From the NCBI GenBank assembly GCA_051294375.1, contig CM119268.1, forward strand, positions 8,241,008 to 8,305,007: a DNA stretch of 64,000 nucleotides. Direction: 5' to 3'. How positions within the stretch are numbered: position 1 is the stretch's first letter; each line of letters opens with the position of its first letter. The notes beneath the pieces are model-generated. The model was not told where the DNA came from and did not search any database. It saw only the letters and a program-made list of their open reading frames with translations. Source of the DNA: Paraspadella gotoi. Lineage: Eukaryota; Animalia; Chaetognatha. Both the position numbers and the translations under genes were made by a program. Below, piece after piece: positions 12,797 to 25,600 of this stretch.

Positions 12797-13696
12797 CCAG
12801 TTCGCGTCAAGTTTTGAGGCATTAGTTATTCAAGTCTCGTTCACTTTCTTCATTTCACCGTGAGACTATTTTTCTGCCACTTTCTTTCCTTCTCTTTTCT
12901 TTTCATTCCTTTTCTTTTACTGCATTTCTTTCATATATATTTTGTATTCCCTCTCTCCTGCATTCATCTATTTATATCTCCTTCCCTAATCAACTTTTTT
13001 CGTTTTTTCTAGTTCTTTTCCTTTCTCTTTCCTCCATCCATTTTTCCCTAATTCAGGTTTTTAACCTTTCCACTCTTCTATCAATTTTTCATGTTTCTCT
13101 CTTTATCCTTTGCGGCTTTCCCTTTCCTCTCCTTAATTTTCTTTCTTCCTCCATTCTCCTCTTTTTCTCTCCATTCATTTGTCTCCTCATCTTTTCTCCC
13201 TTTTCCCCCTCCATCAATTTTATTTTCTAACCCTTCCTCCCTTTCCTTTCCTTTCATTTTGTATTTTTTCCTCCATCTACTCTTTTTCTCCATCTATTTT
13301 TACTTTATATTTTATATTTTTACTCTATATTTTCCTTTATTTTCTATTCTTTCCTTTCTCCTATTTTTTCTTCTTCCTTTCTGTTTTCTCCTTTCCTCCC
13401 TTTCATCCATTTATCTTTTTCTTTTATTATTGCCTTTCCTCTATCTATTTTTCTCTTCTTCCTCGTTTTCTCCTTTCTCCCTTCCATCATTTTTCCTTCT
13501 ACTTTATTCTTTCCTTCCTCCTATTTTCTTTTCTTCCTCCGTTTTTCTCCTTTCCTCCTTCATCCATTTTTCTCTTTTCGAAATCACTTTGCGTCGGAAG
13601 ACTCGATGAAGGCGTGACTTTCCGCACCCTAGATCGCGACGACGACGACGACGACGACGACGACCGTCGACGGCGACATTAAATACGGCGACGATA

Positions 13697-13727
<31 letters not shown>

Positions 13728-16158
13728 TTAACAAGCCTCTCACGTCCCTGACCCAAAACCAAACGTTCCAGAGAGAAGTGAGGCGTGTAGCCGTCACCCG
13801 CACGCAAGAACACATTTAACCCGCACGCAAGCACACTCGCCCGTTCCTCATACTGACACTTTAGCTTTCCATAGGACTTTCACTTACTTAACATTTTTTT
13901 CTTTCTTTCCTTTTCCATTTTTTTAAGTCTCTTCCTCCATTAATACAAAAGTCTCAAGCATTAAATTCATTTCCAAATGAAAAAAAAAAATAAGAAGAAT
14001 CTCCCCCCCCCAAAAGAAAATGGCGCCGACGATCAAAATACTAAGAATTTAAACACGATTTTTGTTTTTTTTGTTTTCTTCTTTTGTTTTTCTGACAGTC
14101 GTTGACTATAAAACGGTTTGGCGTTCTCGGCCTGCGGCGAGACGGTGGGAAGTCGGCGACGTGATAGCATAAAATATTATGTTCTTCGAGTATATTTGAA
14201 AATATAAAACCTGAATTATTTTTTAGACTATTGAAAGCTCATATGAAAGAATAACAAAATGTCAAAAATACCGGTAAAATAAATGTAATAAATAAATGTA
14301 AATCATCAAATGAATTGAGATTTTTAAATACTGTCATTTATAACCTTTTTTTAAATTTTTTCTGTGTTTTCATGCTTCAAAAAAAAAGTTTCAAGACAAC
14401 TTGTACTTATCAGATATATCCTTTTTAAAAACGTCTTATAAACTCTTCTAAGGAATCGGACAATTGCCCCTTTAAATTCTATTTAATTTTAAACTAAAAA
14501 TCTCCTAAAATATAACGTGAAACAAAAGAATTTTGTGAAAAATGCCGAGAACAATGCGAGCGACACAAAAGAGCAATGAATAAATGATGAAAATATAAGA
14601 ATTTTAAAAAAAAAAGAACAAAAGGAATAATAAAAATAAAAAGGAAAGGAAAAACTGAACAACCGAAAAAAAAAAATAGGGCCGCTTCAAGGTTACGTCG
14701 ACGGGTCTCTCTTCTTTGTCGTCGTTCGTCGTCGTCATCGTCGTCGTTCGATTCGTCGTCATCTGTCGTCGTTATTCGTCGTCTCAGCCACAACTGCGTC
14801 TCAGTAAATCCTTCCTTTTTATTTCACTTCTCTTTCTTTTTTTAAGTCTCTTTTCTAAAGGCCGTCGGCGTCCCTTCCGCCATTTTTCTTCCTTCTTTCT
14901 TCCTCCTTTCACCATAATCTTTTCTTTTTGGTTTTTTCTTTCTTTCTTATTGGTTTGTTGTGTGTGTGTGTTTTCTCTATTTTGTTTTCGTGTGTGGAGG
15001 GAAGGGTAGGATTCTGCTTGCATATTCGTAGTTCTGCTTTAGTAATTTAAAAACAAAAATAATTAAATTTTGTCAAACAAAAGGGCCGAAAAAATCAATT
15101 ATTTTAAATTCTTTTCTAATCTTTTCCATTGAAATATTTTTTTTTTCATAATCGTTAATCTCTTCCCGATTTAATTTTTTGTATTCTTAATGTGGAGACC
15201 GAAAGTCCGTTCTTCGTGGTTTTCTGTTGTGGCGTGTTATTTTCTCTTGTGAGTTTTTCGGCATCGTTTTGGTGTGCTGCTGTTGTCTCTTCTCTGCTCC
15301 CTTCTTCTCTTCTCTCTCTCTCTCTCTCAGATCTCGTCTTCCCGCCTCGCCCTGGGGTGTTTTGTTGTTGTGGTTTGGTTTGGTATGTTTTGTCGGTTGT
15401 TGGTGTTGCGAGTGTATGTTGGTGGTCGGTTTTGATTTTGTCTCGTTTTGGGTGTTTGTGTGTGTCGGTTTGGTCGTTTTTGTGGTGGGTGGTTTGGTTT
15501 TGTTGTGTGGTTATTTGTGTGTGTTGTGATTGAGTCCTGTCGGTCTTTTTTGGGCTGTTGTCGTGTTGCGGTGTGTGCGGTGTTGGGTTTAGATCGGTGT
15601 TGCTTGTTTGTGTTGGTTGTTGTGGTGGGTGGTTTTGTGTGGTGTTCTTGTTGTTGTGTTGGGGTGTAGTTGTTGGTTTGTTGTGTCTTTTTGGTTTGGG
15701 GTGTCTGTCTTTCGTCTCGTTTGACTCATCTCGCTTCTGTCTTGTTGGCGCGTGTTTCTTGGGGTGGTCTCTCTCTCTCTCTTATGCTTTTTGTGTTTCT
15801 TTGTGGATTTTGCGCTGGTTGTTTTTTTTCGTTTGCTGCTGTGCTGCTCTCTCTCTCTGCGTCTTCTTTGTGTCTTTGCGATTGTTCGTGTGGTCGTATG
15901 TCGATGGCGTGTTTTCGCTCGCTTCTCTCTTCTCTCTCTTCGTGTCGGGTCTTCTCCTGGGTCTTCCTCTTCTTGTCTTAAGTTCCCCTCGTCACTTTGT
16001 TGGGGGTCCTTGATGGCGTGGGCGTGGTCGTCTCTCCTCCTTAAAAAGAAAAGGAAAATAAAATTGAACAACAAGAGAACAAAAAACCATTCAGTAATCT
16101 GGAAGTGGTGGATTGATCTATTCATACTCCTTCCGAGCGACGTTTTTTCCGCCGTCTC

Positions 16159-16196
<38 letters not shown>

Positions 16197-18330
16197 CTAT
16201 TCTCTCTCTCTTCTCCTCTCTCATCTCGTCCGCTCTACTATATTTTCGCCCCTTAAATGGACAGTGTAGTATGTCGTGTCGGAGGCCGTAAATGAGCGCC
16301 GGTCTTTCGTCTCCTGGCGGCAGATGGCGTACGGAAAACGTAAACAAACCGATGTAAAACAAAAGACTTTTAAGGATAAAAAAGGGCGGGCGGCCGAAAA
16401 CAAAGCCTCGACGACCGGCCGATTTCTTTTTTCTTCTTCTGAAACGATCCTCCTCCATCTCTAGAATCCCTTCCCATCTTCAAGATCGTCTCCGAGATTT
16501 GTCTCGGTAGATCGTCTCTCATCTTTAGATCGTCTCCATCTCTAGATCGTCTCCATCTCTAGATCGTCTCCTTACTCTAGTCGTCTCCATCGTCTAGATC
16601 GTCTCCATATCTAGATCCCGCTCCATCTCTAGATCGTCTCCAATCTTTAGATCGTCACTCCATCTCTAGATCGTCTCCTTCTCTCAAGATTCGTCCTCCA
16701 TCTCTAGAGTCCTCTTCCTATCTTCTAGATCGTCTCCAATGCTTGGATCGGTCATCCATCGCTTAGATCGTCATCCATCTCTAGTATCGTCTCCTTCTCA
16801 AGATCGTCTCCATCTCTAGTCGTCCTACATACTTCCATCTCTGATGATCGTTCTCCATTTGTTAAGATCGTCTCCATCTCCTGTGGGATCGTCTCCTATC
16901 TCCTGATGTCTGCCATCTGGTCCTAGGATCGTCTCCATCTCTAGTGCTCTCTTGATCGTCTTGCGTCTCAGATCTCTTGTATTGCCCCATCTTAGATCTG
17001 TCATTTCCACTTCTTTATCTCATCTGATGCGCGCGCATTCTCTAGATCTGTCCTTTTTTTTTTTCTCTCCTAGAAGGTCCCCTTGCATCTCTAGATGCAT
17101 CTCTTGATCGTCTCAATCTCTAGATGTCGTCGCTCTGCATCCTTGATCGTCTCTATCTCGCATCGTGTCAGTGAATCGTTCTCCACTCTAGACGTCTCCT
17201 CTCTAGATCCCATCTCTAGATCGTCTCCGTCTCATTGATCTCTCCATCTCTACAGTGCTCCGTCTCTTGATCTGTCAGTCAAATCTCTAGATCGACTCCA
17301 TTCACTCTAATCAGTTTATCTCATAGATCGTCTCCATCTCTAGATCTCACGTCAAAGAATCTATCACTCCTCCGTCAGGTGACACAAACCCCCTTGCTTA
17401 TATACGTCTGATGTCTTTTTCAACTCTACGAAATCACTTCGCCATTTGCCTACCAGGCGCCCCTACAGATGGGCCTTCAGAGGCTAAAAAAGACTACAGA
17501 ATATACCATAATTTTCTATCATCCTCAAACCGAACCTTCTGCGAATAAACTTTTCTTTCGAACCTTTCAAGTCCTCCACGTTTCCCGTGACTACCGTGTG
17601 AATCACTTAGCTCATTCGCAGACTCCTTCACACAGTTATCTCACACATAGACTAAATAGCTCACTTTCGCGTCTCTGGGGTTTCTTCCGTTCACGTCCTC
17701 GCCTCGGCCCGCGATCCCCTCGCCCGTTCCCCGGTTCTCCCCTACCTTCCCTCTAGTCGTTCCTCTCGGCCCGTCCCCCTCTCGCGTTCGCGTCCACCGC
17801 ATTCCCACGGTTCCGATTCGCCCGCCCCCCCGGGACTGCCCCCCCTTGCGTGCGGCCATGTTCGTGTCCGCTCTGTGGTTGGCCCCATCACCCCCCCCCC
17901 GCCCTCGCGCCCCGCGCCCACTCCTCGCCCCCCCCCACTTCTGCATAGCCGTACCCTCCGTACCTCCATTTATCTGGTCTGTGCCGTTCTGTGTGCTGGT
18001 CTTCCCCCTCCGGATCCTGCCCCCCACCCAACTACTCTACTTCCCTTCGACCTCTCACTACGCCGCCCTTTCGGCCATTTTACCGATTCTCTCGCCCCTC
18101 CTTTCGTCTCACAACGCCCTCCCCCCTCTAACTTCCTTTCCCTGCAGATGGCTCCGTTTTCGTCTTTGTTGTTGTTGCGTCGTCGTCGTCATCTATCGTT
18201 TTTTTCCTGTCTTTTCGTGTTTATGTTTGAAAGAGTCGCTTGCTCTGCGACTTTTTCACGCTCTTACGGTGACTAGGCATATTTCATCGTGATATCAGAC
18301 GGGTCGACAAGTGCGGGGTGAAGAAAAATA
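12207..18330 (+). repeat. Copy A of a ~6-kb duplicated segment (copy B = 18398-18948 plus 26330-30979)
   Basis: Collinear near-identical blocks, e.g. 12410-12695 vs 18665-18948, 12818 onward vs 26332 onward, 13940-15200 vs 28020-29290, and 16240-16445 vs 29675-29875. Confidence 0.9.
16483..17347. repeat. 17-bp tandem repeat TCTCTAGATCGTCTCCA (noisy copy)
   Basis: Repeated TCTAGATCGTCTCCA units. A cleaner copy lies at 30164-30370. Confidence 0.9.
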
Positions 18331-19264
18331 AAAATTCTCTTCGTCAAATGACAACATCATCATCAATCATCANNNNNNNNNNNNNNNNNNNNNNNNNAAT
18401 TGTGTAATTAATTAATTTATCAACAAAAAATTTCTATAGCAAAACTTAAATATAAACTTGACTTTTATACAATACCATATAAATATATTATAATATATAT
18501 AATTATATAATTATCTTGTAAGAGTGATGGAGGCCTTAAACCACCAAAGCCTGTCCAAAGTCAGGGGCAAGATAGCTTATTTATTAAATGAATGGATAAT
18601 TTTTATTTTGGTTGTACCAATTTCATAATATAAATCATAATATAATTGTAATATAATTATGCTAATGATCAAATTTTTCTAAACGTCAGCTCGAAAACTG
18701 ACACTACCGAGAATCTAACTCGCAACCCGAGGATTCAAACTTCAAAGGTCGAACGTATCGTTTTTCACTTGACAATTCTGAGAAAAACACTTTCACTCTT
18801 CAAGGTTTGTCATGTTTTTTTCTCCAAATCTTGAAATAATTCAAGCGCGAGGACACATGAGATTTTTTGCCTTTTTCTTTTCAAGAGATCGTCAAAAGTC
18901 AACAGAAGAGCCTTAGAATTCAGAGAACATATAACAAGTAAAATTCTCNNNNNNNNNNNNNNNNNNNNNNNNNCAATTGCACCAAAACTTGACGCGTCAG
19001 TACTATCGCTATTAACGTTATCCAGTCACAGTTAACCCACAGACATTATTCATTAGAGAAGCATATTGTTGGAGCTCCACGCCTCATACAGAAATAAAAT
19101 ATCCTTCACAAAACGGCTGGTAAAACTCCAATTTTAATGACGGCTTTAACCGCCAATGATTATAATCATAGAGTATAAGTAACTATTTCAGGCTGGTTAT
19201 GTCCGATATTCATCCATGATAAAATATTAATGTTCAACTTAATATTTGTTTTTTTTCTTTACAG

Positions 19265-19458
19265 GGGAGGCAAACCTTAATCCTCTGGGGCCGGAGAGAG
19301 CCCAGCGCTACCATATCAAGACCTCTTCGGCCGGGACGAAGTGGGGCTCTGGTGTAGTGGTGCGGAAGAAGTGGGGCTCGTGCTGGAAGCAGAGAGACCG
19401 AAATCGATGACGCTGAGACGGCTGGGGGAATAGGCGCGGAGTTCGACAAATCCTTCAC
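19265..19458 (+). CDS. ATP9: ATP9 exon (N-domain; YQ...DEV.LV..AEEVGLVL...SMTLR)
   Basis: Acceptor ttttctttacag, donor CAC|gtgagt. Motif similarity despite frameshifts. Confidence 0.75.
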
Positions 19459-22400
19459 GTGAGTTGATGTTGCTGTATAACGTAGGTCGGTTGGAGAGAG
19501 GGAGATGAGATTATTTAGGGATTAGGCGAGGAATTTGGATAGAAGGATAAATTATGATAGAAGGGCAATTTTAGGTAGTAAATTATTCGATTATTTGTTT
19601 TTGATTTTCTTCATCTTTATGGGGATTGTAATAAGGTTATTTGATTGTATTTATAATTATATACAATGTAAATTTGGGTATAAATTACCGTTTTAAAGAT
19701 CACAAATTTATTTGCAAAATTTGTTTGTTTTTTTTCCAACTTTTTGTATAAAATTTAACCACAGTAAAAATCTAACCTAGGCTTTATTTTCCTTTTCCCT
19801 TCCCTTTTTTTATCAAATGTTTCTTTCCCCTTCTCCCTTGTTTCACTTCCCCTTTCCCCTTTTCCCAATTCCCCCTTTCCCCTTTCCCTTCCCTCTCCTC
19901 CCCGTTAGCCTTCCCCGCTCTTTCACGTTCCCCATCCCATCTCACTCTTCCGCCTTCCTATTATCCTTTCCCCTTTCCCTTTTCCCTTTCTCCTTTCCCC
20001 TTTCCCATTTCCCCCCTTTCCCTTTTCCCCTTTCGCCTTCCTTTCCTTTCCCCAATCCCTTCCTGCTTCCTTCCCCTTTTCTTTCTCTTTCCATCCCCTG
20101 CCCTTTCCCCTTTCCAATTCCCCTTCCCTTTCCCATACCCTCTTCCCTCTTCCCCTTTCCCCTTTCCTGCCCCCTTGTCCCTTTCCATTTCCCTTTCCCT
20201 TCCCCTTTCCCCTTTCTCATTCTCCTTTCGCGCAATCCCTTCCCCATTACCCCCTTGTCCCCCCCTTTTTCCCCCTTCCCCAATTTACTCTTTTCCCTCA
20301 GGTGTTCCCTCTTCAAGAGCGAAAACGAAGCGAATGGGGATCATCGTTCGAAAACAAAGAATCGGGAGAAAATAACTTTACGAAAAAGGAGCAGATGTTG
20401 TCATGGCTAAGATCGTCAAGCACAATGATTTGCTGAAATGAAGAGACTGGAACATGGCGAGGGAGGATGGAGGTTAGCTTGATTGCTGAATCGAAGAGAC
20501 TCGGGAACATGCGAGGGATGGTTTTGAGGTTATGCTGATTGTCTGATGAAGCAGACTGGGAACATGTGTGCGAGGCGAGGAGGTGAGGGTTTAGCTGATT
20601 GGCTGAATGAAGAGACTGGGAACATGGCGAGGGAGGGATTGAGGTTAGCTGATTGGCTGAATGAAGAGACTGGAAACTGGCGAGGGGAGGGGTTTGAGGT
20701 TAGCTGATTGACTGAATGAAGAGACTGGGAACATGGCGAGGAAGGGGTTGAGGGTAAGCTTGATGGCTGAATGAAGTAGACGTGGGACATGGCGAGGACG
20801 GATTGAGGTTAGCTTGATTTGCTGAATTGAAGAAGACTGGGACATGGCGAGGGGGGATTGAGGTTAGCCTGATTGGCTGATAATGAAAGAAGACTCGCGG
20901 AACATGGCGAGGGAGGGGTTTGAAGGGTTAGCTGATGGCGTTGAATGAAGGACTGGAACATGGCGAAGGGAGGGGATTTGGAGGTTAGCGTGATTGGCTG
21001 GAATAAGAGACTGGGAACATGGCGAGGGAGGTGGTTGAGGTAGCTGATTGGTCTGAAATGAAGAGACTGGGAAACAATGGCGAGGGAGGGGTTTGAGTAA
21101 GTCTGATTGGCTGAATGAAGAGACTGGGAACATGGCGAGCGGAGGGGGTTGATCGTTAGCCGGATTGGCGAGAAGAGTATTGGTCAACAATGTGCGAAGA
21201 GAAAGAGGGAAGTTTTAATTTTTGGTTGGTAAATAAGTAAGACTTTAGGACTCCTGATTATCTGTAGATCTGGTTAAAAAAACCAAAATACAATACTATA
21301 AATTTACATTGAAATAAATAGAGCGGGCTTTTGCCATCAAAAATAAAAAAGCTCTTGCCATCCCACTTCCTCCTAACCGCGTTCCACCCCTTCCACTCTT
21401 CCCCCCTTCCCCTTCCACATTCCTTCGCCCCTTTCCAGCCTCTTCCCCTTCCACCCTTCCACTCCACTCCTTCCCTCCTTCTACTCTTTCCCCTCCAACT
21501 CGTACCCCTTCCACTACCAATGTCTTTTCCCCTTCCTATCTCCTTCCCTTCCCTCTTCCACTCCCTTCCCCTTTCCAACTCCTTCCCCTTTCCATCCCTT
21601 CCCTCCTATGACCACTCCTCTTCTCCTCCACGGTCCTTCCCCCTTCCACTTTCCTTCCCCCGCCTTTCCGCCCCCTTACCCGCATTGTCCACTTCACTTC
21701 CCCTCCAGAACCCTCGTGGTGGGCTGCAAAAAAGCTCCTCAGCTCCGACTCTACTCCCTCCTTCGCCTCTGCGTGCTCTACCACGAAAGCAAGATGTCGT
21801 ACGGATCGACGAAACGAATCGAGTGAGCCGTCGTGGAGACGACGACGTCGGATGCTGGAATCGTTCTTTGTCTGACTGGAGTGGAGGATCGATTGGCAGG
21901 AAAGACGTGACGGGTCACGTTGGGAGAAGATGAGAAACGCGGGGCGTTCAAGATTGGATGTTGACGGGTGAGGCTGGGGGGCGCGTTTGGCGGGGGGGGA
22001 CGGGATTGGGGTGGATCGAGATGAGCACTAGGAAATGACCAGAGACGAATAGTATATAATTGGAAAACATTAGTTGAAATATTTTTACTTCATTTGATAG
22101 GGAAAGCCCAGGTACTCTGGGAGTGAATAAACGAGGCTGTTGAAGAAGCTTAATTGAAAGCTTGACAGGAGTACCTGCTATGTCATTTATTCTTGGTAAG
22201 AGTTGATGGAGGCCTTAAACAGCAAAAGCATGTTCAAAAGTCAGGGCACACATAAGCTTATTTATTAATTGAATTGGATAATTTTGTATTGTCTTTGATA
22301 ATATATATTGTATTGTATGTTTATATTGTATAGGTATTGTATTAATACCATTTCATATATTCCTCTCTAACTGTTAACACCTCTATAACTGTCTCTCTCC

Positions 22401-22632
22401 TCTGTCACTCTTTTCTCTCTGTCCACATCTCTCTTCTCTCTCTTCTCTCTCTCTCCAGACGACAATACTTGAAACGCGTGTCGGCGAGGCGTGTACGAAG
22501 AGGGGCAGCGACCACTCGCATCGCCAAGAGTTCTCGTCTCGTTGCTTCAACGCAACAAAGATTTGCGCCTTCAAGAGATCATTCAAAGATCTGAGGCGAA
22601 GAAGGAAATGTGAAGCGGTTCTCTGACTTGGT

Positions 22633-22664
<32 letters not shown>

Positions 22665-25600
22665 GAGAGAGAAGTAGAGAGAGAGAGAGAGAAGAGAGAG
22701 AGGTGAGAGAGAGAGAGAGAGAGAGAGATGAGAGAAGAAGAGAGAGAGGGTGAAGTAAGAGAGAGGGTGAAGTAGAGTAGAGGGTGAGAGAGGAGAGAGA
22801 GAGAGAGAGAGAGATGTATTGTAATGGATCCTTATTCCCGACCTATAACAACTCCGCTCCACCATTAAAGGAACAATTGCGCATTCTAAATACATGTTGA
22901 AGAGGAAGAATCGCTCGAACGTCCTCCTTTCCATCTGTCGGGAGGCTGAGTTCCAATTCGGCGTGCCTCGGCCATTCCCTGCACCGGCAGTCTGTCTGAT
23001 CTGCGGTTCGCTCGCCGACGCAGAAGGGCGCACGCGGTCACGTGGCATCATCAGTCAAGGCCCCATACGTCCAGAGAAGAAGGACTTGCGCCATCGGGGA
23101 TGAGAGGCAACGAACGTGTTCCATGATTCATTGAAATTGAATTTGATTTGATTGATTTGATTTTGTTTATCGATTTGTTGATTTTTGTTTAGATTATTTG
23201 TTTAGTTTGTTCATTTTGGTTTATTTGATTTAATGGCCACTGTCTTTTATTGTATGGTATTAAATCTTGAGATTTAATTTATTATTAATTGATGAATCTT
23301 TTGGGTAGAAGTTGATTTTTCATTTATGCTAATTTAATTATCTTATATCGATGAGAAAATTTTTATTGTCATAGCAATACATGATACAGTAAACATACAT
23401 TCAGCTAACGAATGAAACACACAAAAAACAGAATTAAAAGACGTTAACTGGAAGGACAATACTTAAGCTACGAGATTATTATGTATATTTATCCATAGAG
23501 CACATAAGGACAAACGTGTTATTTTTTGTCAATAGTTAAAACGGTTTCATGTAAATTCGTAGTCATAAGACGTAATTTTGAAAAATATTATAAATGTCAG
23601 GGAAACCAAAAAATTCTACTAAGGTTTCTGGAATGCCTTTCCATTCGATGCAGACAAAAGATCTTACGAATTCACAATGTATTTAATGGCTGAGAGTTTA
23701 GTTTGGTACATATCTTTAGAGACAAAATGTCTTTAACTCACAGCCATATAAGTTTGTGCAGACAGCTTTTTTGTCCGGTTGATTTTTTCCTTCTGTTTTT
23801 TGTTTGTATCGAACAATTTGGTCCGATTAATTAATGAATTTAATAAAACGATCGTTCGATGATTAATTCCCTAAATCAAAAAGTTTGATACCGCACCTGT
23901 ATCACCACTGCCATTTCTCCCTTTAAATTAATCCCCTGCCATTTATTGATCCACTGCCCCTTTTCTCCAGGGCTGCCAGACGTTGGAATCGGGTTCGTGG
24001 GCAAGGAAGGGAAAGCAAGCATCGATGGGAGCAAGATTTCTCAATCACCAAAATTTACTCTAAACTTCGGAGTCATTCTTCTCTCTTGTGGGCAATGGGA
24101 GTAATGGCTTACAAGCGGGTCCGCCCAATCTCGCTGCAGTTCATTCATTCGACAGAGGTCACTGGGCGAGTCGGGTGAAAATCAATTTGTGAAGGCTGGT
24201 GAGAATTTGAGATTAACTGTTAAGTGATCAAATAGCTAAGATGCGCGTTTAAAAAAGAAAAAAATAAAATAAAGAAAGAAAAATAAAAATTTAATAAAAA
24301 TAAAATTACCTCAGCATCTCGAAATATCAAATACAACGAAATAATATAGAAAAAATATTATATATATTTTGTTTAATCCAATCTTTGGTTATAAATCGTG
24401 CAGGCCATTGTCCTGATTGTTATCATAATGATAGGAGTGCAAAAGTCAGTCAAAAGCATTTTTCGAAGCCAGAGAATGTCCGCTGCGATTAAAATGTCTA
24501 AAATTGATTTCTAGTAAGCGAACAGAAGAAACATATCACTCTGAACTCCTTTTAAAACACCTTTTTGTCTTTTCTAACTCTCAAGTCGCCCCCCCCCGCC
24601 CTCTTGCATCACCGAAACTAATTCCAATCACACCTTTCTAAATCACGCCACGGTCTGGTGATCGGACAATGACATCCAAGTTGGGATTCTCCTGCCACCG
24701 TTCTACCACACTTTCCCTGTCCAATTGCCAGTTCTTTCCCTCTTTCCTAATGGTCGGGGTATTCAACGACTTTCTTCACATCATACTCCCGTTCCCCCTC
24801 GGCTCATCAAGTGAACACAGACGCACGCCTCAAGATGGCCGCAAGCCGTATTATCCAGAGCTGTACAAGTGTGGAGTGTGGAAGAGGGGAGGAAAGATGA
24901 GGACTAGGATAGGAAAGGAAAGGAAGGAAAGAAGAAAAGAAATGAAAAGGAGAAAGGAGGCAGGGGGGGAAAAAGAATGGTAGTTGACTGTGAAAGTGGC
25001 GCGTTTAATCTTTTTTAAGCACGTGTATTTGGTCCTAAAATAAACTCTTTTTTTTCACCTTTCTAAAAATTAATCGTTTTTCCAAACTAAATTTCGTCAA
25101 CGAAATTAGGTAGGGACTAGGGAGAAATTAATTATTTGATAGTACCTTTAGTTTACATAAGTGTAAAATAGAGTCTGAATGAATTCCTCTGCTTTATTCC
25201 ATTTGCTACAATCAGGAAAAACTTACCAAAGCGCCTCGCGGTCCTTACCTTCCAGAAAATTTCCTCATGCTGGATGCTTCTCTCGCGTCTGCGAAGCTAG
25301 CGGTCATTATGTTCGGTGATGTTACGCCATTTGGGGTCGGGCCCGGATTCCTTCCAGGGCGGATACAATTCCCTCGAGTATCAGGTGAGTCGCTCTTGTT
25401 ATTTCGTTGTTCTTCTGTTTTTTGCCGTTCACGTCCGTTGTTGTTCTGTAATTGCTGTTGCTGTCCTGTTGTTGTTCTGTAATCGCTGTTTGTTTGACTT
25501 GTTCTTGCTATTTTTACTGTTCTTTCATTGTATTTAGTTAACTGGTTTTAAACCGTTAAAATCTGTCTGCATTTTTGCTTTGTTCTTACAAACCAAATCG

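Noticed and set aside
15220-16130. GT-rich ORF cluster
   Set aside because: Noisy expansion absent from copy B; likely low-quality read sequence.
20427-21169. CRISPR-like array
   Set aside because: There are no unique spacers; units are head-to-tail copies of ATP9 exon sequence in a eukaryotic context. The same lack of spacers applies to the 71-bp array.
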